Positions 46,704 through 54,193 of a stretch of 64,000 nt of DNA are shown here, in pieces. The stretch comes from Terriglobia bacterium (lineage in GTDB: Bacteria > Acidobacteriota > Terriglobia > UBA7540), in NCBI GenBank assembly GCA_030041095.1, contig JASHON010000083.1:16308-80307 (forward strand), in the 5' to 3' direction. A program made the position numbers and the translations under genes. The notes under the pieces are model-generated. The model saw nothing but the letters and a program-made list of their open reading frames with translations, was not told the DNA's origin and searched no databases. Numbering within the stretch: the first letter of the stretch is position 1; each line of letters starts with the position of its first letter.

Positions 46704-48053
46704 TTGACGGTCCCAACCCCCTTTCCATTGTTTGAGCCTCGGAACATGTCCAATGCGCGCGAGCTACGGGAAGCGAGGCCGGGCCGGTTCGGGTTCCGGT
46801 CGATTTACAGCCCGGCGTTCGTGCGCGTTGGGTGCGTCTTACCTCTTTTCTGCCTCCTCGCTGTATCCTTAGCGCTCTCCGCTGAAACCCGTATCGAGGG
46901 CGACGTCGTGAATGGAGCCACGCGCCAGCCCGTGGCGCATCAGGATATCCAGCTTCTTTGGACCACCCAAAATGAGGTTCGGCAGGTCGCGGTCGTGCAA
47001 ACCGACGAGCAGGGGCGTTACCTCTTTGACCGCACGGACCTGAATACGAGCGCCTTTTATCTGCTTCAAGTCTCCTATGCAGGCGTGGAATATCATGCGC
47101 CGGTTGAGTTCAATTCGCAGGGAGTGGCAACGGAGAATCTCAAGGTTTACGATTCGACGGCCGTCCAGCCGCGCTTCCGCGTGAAATCGGCGCGCATCCT
47201 GATTCGAGCGCGCGGCAACGTCGTTCAGGTGGAAGAACTCTACGCGCTCGAAAACAACACCAATCCTCCTGCTGCCTACGTTAATCCCAATGGCACTTTT
47301 TTCTTTCAGCTCGGCAAGGCCGCAGGCCCGGCTTCCGTGGATGTGGCCGGAGAAATGAATTTGCCTCTTCCTCAGCAGGTGCAGCAGGGCAGCGCGCCCG
47401 GCGAGTTCTATATCAACTGTCCGATGAAGCCGGGAATCACCGTGGTGATGGTTGCTTATGAAGCAGACTATTCCGGAGAAGCGTTCTCCCTGGCGGACAG
47501 CATTCCGTATCCCATCCGTCAGATTGAGATGGAAGTAGAGCCGGCAACCTTAAAGGTTTCTTCTCCGCTCTTCACGCCTGCCGGCGCGGGAAGCCAGGCG
47601 GGCGCGCGAGCGCTGCTGGCAGCCAATGTGAAGCCGGGGGAAATCCTCCGGGCCGTCTTTCAGGGCGCGCCCATGGCTGAGTCGCCTTCGAGCGGCAGCC
47701 AGCAGTCGGGTACCGTCAAAGAGTTGCCTAACCCCATGTCCCGGCTTGGCTGGCCTTTGTTGGGATGCTTTCTGCTGATTCTGCTATGGGCGCTGGGTGT
47801 GCGCGTTTCCAAGGAATGGGTGCGAAAGGGTACGGGCCTGCCCGGAGGCCCGGTGCTGAAAGAACTGGAGGCGCAGCTTGACAAGCTGCTGGATTCTGTG
47901 GCGAACCTGGACGAGCTGTTCGATAATGGAAAGATTCCCGAGAAAAAGTACTGGAGGGAACGCCTGGATCTGAAGGCCAAGATTGTTGTCCTGCTCCGAA
48001 AGACCCCTCCCGCCCTCCTTGAATCTTATGGCTCCCGCCACAACCCGCACTGA
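46704..48053 (+). CDS. hypothetical exported protein (carboxypeptidase-regulatory-like N-terminal domain, C-terminal TM plus CcmI-N-like helix)
   Basis: Signal-like LPLFCLLAVSLALSA, IEGDVVNGATRQPV beta-sandwich start, a late TM, and then LDELFDNGKIPEKKYWRERLDLKAKIVVLL. The start codon is uncertain. Confidence 0.55.
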   Translation: MTVPTPFPLFEPRNMSNARELREARPGRFGFRSIYSPAFVRVGCVLPLFCLLAVSLALSAETRIEGDVVNGATRQPVAHQDIQLLWTTQNEVRQVAVVQTDEQGRYLFDRTDLNTSAFYLLQVSYAGVEYHAPVEFNSQGVATENLKVYDSTAVQPRFRVKSARILIRARGNVVQVEELYALENNTNPPAAYVNPNGTFFFQLGKAAGPASVDVAGEMNLPLPQQVQQGSAPGEFYINCPMKPGITVVMVAYEADYSGEAFSLADSIPYPIRQIEMEVEPATLKVSSPLFTPAGAGSQAGARALLAANVKPGEILRAVFQGAPMAESPSSGSQQSGTVKELPNPMSRLGWPLLGCFLLILLWALGVRVSKEWVRKGTGLPGGPVLKELEAQLDKLLDSVANLDELFDNGKIPEKKYWRERLDLKAKIVVLLRKTPPALLESYGSRHNPH

Positions 48054-48777
48054 CTTCCTCGAAGCGCGTGGCATTTGCAAATACTTTGGCGACGTTGCGG
48101 CGCTGCGCAACGTGACCCTGCGCGTGACCTCGGGCGAGACGCTGTTGCTTTACGGATCGAACGGCGCGGGCAAGACCACGCTGTTGCGCATCCTGGCAGC
48201 GTTGGCCAGGCCGAACGAAGGCGATATTTTCCTGAACGGCGTTACCGTGAGCCGTGATCCCGCGGCATACAAGCGGCAGATTGGTTTTGTCTCTCACGCC
48301 ACGTTTCTTTACGACGATCTCACCGTGCGAGAAAACCTGCGACTGGCCGGGCAACTCTTCGGCATCGACGGCGTGGAGGATCGAATCCGGACTGAGCTCG
48401 CGCTTTTCGGCCTGCAGAATCGCGCCGGGCAACTGGTTCGAACGCTGTCACGCGGACTGCAGCAGCGCGTAAGTCTGTGCCGTGCCTTATTGCACGAACC
48501 GGATTTTGTCTTGCTGGATGAGCCCTTCACGGGCCTCGATGCGGCGTCAACCGACGAGCTGGCCGGGCTCATGCGCCGGCTGCCGGAGCAGGGCAAGGCG
48601 CTGATTTTCTCGAACCACAACTTCGAGCAAGGCGCGTCCATTGCCGGGCGGCTGGTGGCACTCGAGCAGGGAAGAGTGTACTACGACGGCCCCATGGCAG
48701 GTGCGCCCGTCGGGCAGTATGCGGCTCTGCCGCACGACGTGCGGCCAGGGGCGAGGAAAGCCTCGCCTTCCCCTTGA
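48028..48777 (+). CDS. ccmA: heme exporter ATPase CcmA
   Basis: Walker A GSNGAGKTT, signature LSRGLQQR and Walker B VLLDEPFTGLD. Start moved to ATG 48028. The last ~20 codons derive from a REP-like element. Confidence 0.85.
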   Translation: MAPATTRTDFLEARGICKYFGDVAALRNVTLRVTSGETLLLYGSNGAGKTTLLRILAALARPNEGDIFLNGVTVSRDPAAYKRQIGFVSHATFLYDDLTVRENLRLAGQLFGIDGVEDRIRTELALFGLQNRAGQLVRTLSRGLQQRVSLCRALLHEPDFVLLDEPFTGLDAASTDELAGLMRRLPEQGKALIFSNHNFEQGASIAGRLVALEQGRVYYDGPMAGAPVGQYAALPHDVRPGARKASPSP

Positions 48778-49700
48778 ATTTATACATCTGGCGAACCGGC
48801 CAGGGCGCTTGCTGCGGCTGTGCCACACCTGGAGTTTCTACCTTTGCGCAGCGGCGTCGCACGGGTATCATGCGGCTCTGCCGCCTGACGTGCGGAAAGG
48901 CTTCGCCTTTCCGAGAGCGCCAGTGATGAAATTATTTAGGGCGAGGCTGCGCCTCGCCCCTATGGTTTCTAAATTTCACACGCCGTTTCCCGCGCGCTCC
49001 AGCAGCCGCTTCAGCGCCCCCGTATCAGGGCATGACTTCAGTCATGCCGCAAAGATGCGGAAGGAAAGAGGGCTTTAGCCCCTGGCCGGCGCAACCAGGG
49101 GCTAAACACACTGCGGGAAAAGACCAGTCTGTCATGCTGAGCGAAGCGAAGCATCTCTGTATTTCTTTGGAAGCAAATGCCGGGATTCTTCGCGACGCTC
49201 AGAACGACATTCGTTGAACGCGGCTCCGCCGCCTGACGTGCGGAAAGGCTTGCCTTTCCGTGGAGTCTCTACGTTCTGGGAGCGATCGAAGCCGCCTCGT
49301 ATCAGGGCATGACTTCAGTCATGCCGCAAAGATGCCGAAGGAGAGAGGGCTTTAGCCCCTGCTGATGTCAAGGCCGACGCGTAATGCCAATCCCAGCGGT
49401 ATCGTAAGCTCTTCGCGCACGTTCTTCGTCTCTACCAGGACGTGCCAGAGACGCGCCCTGTTGCAATCGGAGCGCAACGCAACGTTTTGGCAAAGCGAAA
49501 GGCCGCGGGGGCTAAAGCCCGGCCATCGGCGGACCTGAGTCGGCATGACTGAAGTCATGCCCTGATACAGGGGCACTGAAACGGCTGCCGCAGCGGCCCG
49601 GAAACGCCGTACGAAGTGTAGGAACTCCGAGGAAAGGCTTGCCTTTCCGAGTGCGCCAGTGATCGAATTATTTTAGGGCGAGGCTGCGCCTCGCATCACA
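48717..49700. repeat. cluster of REP-like palindromic elements (families B, C, D) between ccmA and ccmB
   Basis: Family C (GCCGCCTGACGTGCGGAAAGGCTTCGCCTTTCCG) is at about 48717, 48871, 49220 and 49630. Family B (GTATCAGGGCATGACTTCAGTCATGCC...GGGCTTTAGCCCCTG) is at 49022, 49299 and, inverted, 49508. Family D is at 49131-49208. Confidence 0.8.
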
Positions 49701-49715
49701 CAGGCAGGCAAACAC

Positions 49716-50396
49716 GTGAACCGCACTCTGGTCATCATCCGCGCTCTCATCTGGAAAGAACTCCGGGTGGAGTGGCGCCAGCGTGAGACGCTGGCCTCCG
49801 TTTGTGTATTCGGAGTGCTGGTGGTGCTTTTGTTCGATTTCGGCTTTTCCATGTCCGGAGAGGCGTCGTTGCGGCTGCTCCCCGGTGTGCTGTGGATTGC
49901 GTTTGCGTTCTCCGGCATCCTCTCGTTTAACCGCTCGTTCGCTGCCGAAAGGCAAAATGCGTGCCTCGATGGCCTCCGTTTGGCTCCCGTCGATCCGGGC
50001 CTCATCTATCTGGCGAAGTTGGCCGCAAACCTCATTTTTCTGTCTGTGGCGGAGATCGTGATCGTCTTCGTCGCGGCAATCTGGTACAACTTTTCCTTCC
50101 TGCCGGCGCTTCCCTGGTTTTCAGTCATCGTGTTTCTCGGAACGCTGGGCTACGTTGCTGTTGGCGTCACGTTTGCAGCGATTGCCGCCAATACGCGCAT
50201 GCGCGAAGTGATGCTTCCGGTGCTTCAATTCCCGGTGGTGCTTCCCATTTTTCTTGCCGCAATTGAAGCCACCTCCAGCGCCTTGAAGGGTGACCCATCG
50301 TCGGAGTTCAGAAGCTGGGTGCACTTGCTGGCCGCTTTTGGGATAATCTTTGTTGTACTATCGTTTCTGCTGTTCGAGTATGTGTTGGAAGAATGA
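49716..50396 (+). CDS. ccmB: heme exporter permease CcmB
   Basis: 226-aa six-TM protein with the CcmB-typical FNRSFAAERQNACLDGL block. Confidence 0.9.
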   Translation: MNRTLVIIRALIWKELRVEWRQRETLASVCVFGVLVVLLFDFGFSMSGEASLRLLPGVLWIAFAFSGILSFNRSFAAERQNACLDGLRLAPVDPGLIYLAKLAANLIFLSVAEIVIVFVAAIWYNFSFLPALPWFSVIVFLGTLGYVAVGVTFAAIAANTRMREVMLPVLQFPVVLPIFLAAIEATSSALKGDPSSEFRSWVHLLAAFGIIFVVLSFLLFEYVLEE

Positions 50397-51073
50397 CCAA
50401 AAACACTTCCCTCACCATCCATGGCATCGTGACGCTCGCGTGGCTATTGGTTTCGCTATACCTCATTTTCATCTTCGTGCCCACAGACGTGAATCAGGGC
50501 AATGTCTATCGCATCATGTATATTCACGTGCCGTCCGCGTGGACGGCTTTTGTCGCTTACTTCATCTTATTTCTCGGCAGCGTGCGTTATCTTTTCAAGC
50601 GCTCGCCGGCAGCCGACGAATTAGCGTGGTCTGCCGCTGAGGTTGGTTTCGTCTTTTGCAGTTGCGTTTTGATTACGGGTCCGCTGTGGGCAAAGCCCAT
50701 TTGGGGAATCTGGTGGACCTGGGACCCGCGCCTGACGCTCACGTTCATCCTTTGGCTGCTGTTCGTGGCCTATCTGCTGTTGCGAAGCTTCTTTGTCAAT
50801 CCGGAGCAAGGAGCGGTGCTGAGCGCCGTGGTGGGGGTTATCGGATTCGTGGATGTGCCGGTCGATTACATGGCCATCCGCTGGTGGCGAACGCAGCATC
50901 CGCAGCCGGTTGTTTTCGGCGGACCCAATTCGTATCTGCCGCCTTCAATGAAGTTTACGTTGTTCTTCACCGCCGGAGCGTTCCTGTGCCTCTTCTTCTA
51001 CCTTTTGCGCCATCGCCTGAACTATGGACGCATGCGGCATGAATTGCAACAGCTTCGCCGTGAGGCGCCTTAA
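50393..51073 (+). CDS. ccmC: heme exporter protein CcmC
   Basis: Trp-rich WWD motif WGIWWTWDPRLT. The start overlaps the ccmB stop. Confidence 0.9.
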   Translation: MTKNTSLTIHGIVTLAWLLVSLYLIFIFVPTDVNQGNVYRIMYIHVPSAWTAFVAYFILFLGSVRYLFKRSPAADELAWSAAEVGFVFCSCVLITGPLWAKPIWGIWWTWDPRLTLTFILWLLFVAYLLLRSFFVNPEQGAVLSAVVGVIGFVDVPVDYMAIRWWRTQHPQPVVFGGPNSYLPPSMKFTLFFTAGAFLCLFFYLLRHRLNYGRMRHELQQLRREAP

Positions 51074-51204
51074 ACTTGAGCATGGGTTCATTCGCTCGCT
51101 GCGCCGCTGGGATGGCCAGGACCGCGCGCTTTCAATGATTCAATGGAAAAATCTCGAAATGAATCAATCCGCTGCTTGCCATTCGGCGCCTTGAACGGGT
51201 TTCT

Positions 51205-51375
51205 ATGACTGACCCAAACGATAAATATCTTTTCCTGGCATACACGCTGGTCTGGATCGTGTTCATGCTCTACGCGTGGTTCCTCTCGCGCCGCCAGTCA
51301 CGGATGGCGGGCGAACTGAAAGAGCTGAAGGAAAGACTCCACGCCCAAAATGAACACGAACCCGCCCGGGAGTAG
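51205..51375 (+). CDS. CcmD-like small membrane protein
   Basis: 56-codon ORF below the track cutoff: MTDPNDKYLFLAYTLVWIVFMLYAWFLSRRQSRMAGELKELKERL. It has one TM followed by a charged helix and sits right after ccmC. Confidence 0.55.
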   Translation: MTDPNDKYLFLAYTLVWIVFMLYAWFLSRRQSRMAGELKELKERLHAQNEHEPARE

Positions 51376-51394
51376 TTTGTGCTGCGGCGCGCAT

Positions 51395-51514
51395 GGTTGC
51401 TTTCTTTGCGAAACTTAGCGACTTCGCGGCTTTGCGTGAGGGCTTTTTGCTTGCGATCTTTCGGGACCTCCAGCGCAGTTTTGGCGCTCTTCCCAAGCGC
51501 CCGCAATTTGCCGC
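51395..51514 (+). repeat. ~120-bp direct duplicate of the upstream region and first codons of the ADOP permease gene
   Basis: Nearly identical to 51556-51674, including IFRDLQRSF..KRPQFAA codons. It diverges after GCCGC. Confidence 0.65.
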
Positions 51515-51606
51515 TCTGCTCCTCCGTTTCGAGATTCCTGTGCGGCGGGGCCCAGGGTTGCTTTCTTTGCGAAACTTAGTGACTTCGCGGCTTTGCGTGA
51601 GGCTTT

Positions 51607-54081
51607 TTGCTTGTGATTTTTCGTGACCTCCAGCGCAGTTTTCGCGTTCTCCTCAAGCGCCCGCAATTTGCCGCGGTGGCTGTTCTGGCCATGGCGCTCG
51701 GCATAGGCGCGAACACCGCTCTTTTTTCCATCGTAGATTCCGTTCTGCTCCTCCCGCTTCCATTTCCCGATTCCTCGCGGCTCGTTGCGTTCTGGCTCCA
51801 AGATCTCCGGAATGATGACATGAACTTCCACCCCGCAGCCGTTGCGGAGATCCGCTCGCAGTCGCACAGGATGATGTCCGGCCTCGGCGTCTACGGGCTG
51901 ATCCCGCGAAGCTGGACCCTTAGCGGCCAGTCGACGGTGATCACTTGCGGAGTCGTGTCGCGCGGCTTTCTTGAAGCGCTCGGCGTTCGCCCCGTGCTTG
52001 GGCGGTTTTTCACTCCACAGGAATACCAACCAGGACGAGGCAACGTTGTGGTTCTCAGTCATCGCCTTTGGCTGGCGGGATATGATGCAAGCCCGAAAGT
52101 GCTGGGCCAAACCATGATGTTGAATGGCGCGCCTTTTACCATTGTGGGTGTCGCGCCGCCAGGCCTTCATTTTTTAGGACTTCGGTATGAGGGTTATATC
52201 GGCGCCTGGCTGCCGTCGAGCCTAAAAACCGCGCGCCTGGACCAGTACATCATGCTGGCGCGGCTGAGGCCTGGGGTGAGCCTTTCTGAAGCCAAGGCAG
52301 AGCTTGAGACCATCGCCGGCCGAATGGCCGCGCAGAATCCCGCCAGGTACAAAGGCTATTCGTTTTCGGTGCACCCGATCCGGCAAATGCTTACGGAAGA
52401 CGTGCGGCCGGCACTGCTTCTTCTCCTGGGCGCCACGTTCCTGATTCTGCTCATCGCCGTCGTAAATGTTGCCAATCTTCTTCTGGTTCGCGGCCGGCAG
52501 CGCGCCAAAGAAGTTGCGGTCGAAATCGCTCTGGGCGCCACGCGAGGCCGCGTGATTTTTCAATGGATGATGGAAAGCTCCGTGCTCGCGCTTGCGGGAG
52601 CCGCAGCGGGATTGTTGCTGGCGCTTGCCGGACTGAATCTTTTTCAGCATTTTGCGACGTCCACCCTGCTGCGCATGCCGGCGCCCCACTTGAGCTGGCA
52701 AATGATCGCCTTCTGCATTGGGGTTGCGAGCGTGGCCGGCATAGCCGTCGGCATCGTTCCTGCCATTCAGGCTTCGCGGCTGGATCCGAATGCCGTCCTC
52801 CATGCCGGCGAAGCGTCCGGTCGCGCGGGAGGAAGCCGCGAGCTGCGCCGGGCTATGCGAGGGCTGATGGTGGCAGAAATTGCGTTGGCCTTCAGCGTGG
52901 CTGCGGGGTCTTTGCTGCTCGTGCGGAGTTTTACAAATCTTACGGCTGTACGCACTGGAATGCGCGTCCGTCACGTGCTCACGCTCAGAGTCTACGTGCC
53001 CACGGGGGTATTTAAGAACTATTCCCAGCCCGACCAGTGGAAGCCGTTCGTGGAAACCCTCCTCGCGCGCGTGCGGTCATTGCCTGGCGTGGAAAGCGCC
53101 GGAGCAGCTAATTTTCCGTTGTTGATTGGATTCTGGGGCTTTCATACTTCGCTAAAAGTTAACGGCGTTGCCATGCCTCGCGTTGATCTAATGACCGTCA
53201 CTCCCGGCTATTTCCAGACGCTTGGAATCCCGCTGCTCCAGGGCCGAAGATTCAGCAGCGAAGGCGCGGTCGAAAGCGCCTCTCCGCCCGGAATTGTGCC
53301 CAACGTTCGCCCGAATGCCCCGCCTGCAAAGGGACCACGCCCAAGTTCAGCTCCCCTGCCGGTGATCGTGAACCGGATGTTTGCGCGCACGGCGTGGGGA
53401 AACGGCAATCCGCTGGGCCACATGTTCAAAATACCTCCGTTCACGGTTCGAGTGGTCGGCGTTGTGGCGAATACCAGAGACGAGTCGCTCTCGATAGGTA
53501 TTCGGCCCACTGCCTACGCGCCGTTATATCAGGTTCCCTTCGACGGCCTCGCGCTGGCCGTCCATTCTTCCGTCCCGCCCAGCTCGCTCGTGCGGCCCGT
53601 AGAGAAACAGATCTGGTCCGTCAATTCGAACCTTGCCATCTCGCGCGTGCGCACCATGTCCGAGCTGATTGCGGAAAATGAGGCCGGCTCACGTTTCCGG
53701 ACGCTGCTGCTCGGCATCTTTGCATTCTTGGGGTTAGCTTTGGCGGTTGTGGGGGTTTACGGCGTATCGTCCTATGCGGTAACGCAGCGGACGCATGAGT
53801 TTGGCCTTCGCATGGCTTTGGGCGCGCAGCGGGGCGATGTTCTCCGTTTGGTTCTGGCGGAAGGCGCCGGCATCGCAGCGGTGGGCGTGGCGGCCGGCCT
53901 CGCGCTCACGCTTGTTCTGGCAGGGCTGCTGCGCGGCATGCTGTTCGGCGTGACGGCGATGGATCCCGCAACTCTTGTTATAACCACCGTTATGATCGCG
54001 GGCGCCGCCTTGCTGGCATGTTATCTGCCGGCCCGCCGCGCGGCGAAAGTGGACCCTGCCGTCGCTCTGCGCTGGGAATAA
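51607..54081 (+). CDS. ADOP-family duplicated FtsX/MacB-like ABC permease
   Basis: N-terminal FRDLQRSFRVLLKRPQFAAVAVLAMALGIGANTALFS and two FtsX-type 4-TM modules in 824 aa. The start is TTG 51607 or GTG 51613. Confidence 0.85.
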   Translation: MLVIFRDLQRSFRVLLKRPQFAAVAVLAMALGIGANTALFSIVDSVLLLPLPFPDSSRLVAFWLQDLRNDDMNFHPAAVAEIRSQSHRMMSGLGVYGLIPRSWTLSGQSTVITCGVVSRGFLEALGVRPVLGRFFTPQEYQPGRGNVVVLSHRLWLAGYDASPKVLGQTMMLNGAPFTIVGVAPPGLHFLGLRYEGYIGAWLPSSLKTARLDQYIMLARLRPGVSLSEAKAELETIAGRMAAQNPARYKGYSFSVHPIRQMLTEDVRPALLLLLGATFLILLIAVVNVANLLLVRGRQRAKEVAVEIALGATRGRVIFQWMMESSVLALAGAAAGLLLALAGLNLFQHFATSTLLRMPAPHLSWQMIAFCIGVASVAGIAVGIVPAIQASRLDPNAVLHAGEASGRAGGSRELRRAMRGLMVAEIALAFSVAAGSLLLVRSFTNLTAVRTGMRVRHVLTLRVYVPTGVFKNYSQPDQWKPFVETLLARVRSLPGVESAGAANFPLLIGFWGFHTSLKVNGVAMPRVDLMTVTPGYFQTLGIPLLQGRRFSSEGAVESASPPGIVPNVRPNAPPAKGPRPSSAPLPVIVNRMFARTAWGNGNPLGHMFKIPPFTVRVVGVVANTRDESLSIGIRPTAYAPLYQVPFDGLALAVHSSVPPSSLVRPVEKQIWSVNSNLAISRVRTMSELIAENEAGSRFRTLLLGIFAFLGLALAVVGVYGVSSYAVTQRTHEFGLRMALGAQRGDVLRLVLAEGAGIAAVGVAAGLALTLVLAGLLRGMLFGVTAMDPATLVITTVMIAGAALLACYLPARRAAKVDPAVALRWE

Positions 54082-54193
54082 GGCTGTGATATGATGAGCG
54101 AATAAAAGGCGAATCGTCGCGCCGCCGGCCTTGTGGCGTGTAGCGCCGGCCTCTTGCCGGCGACGTTCAACCAATCGCCTGAGAGGATAAGGT

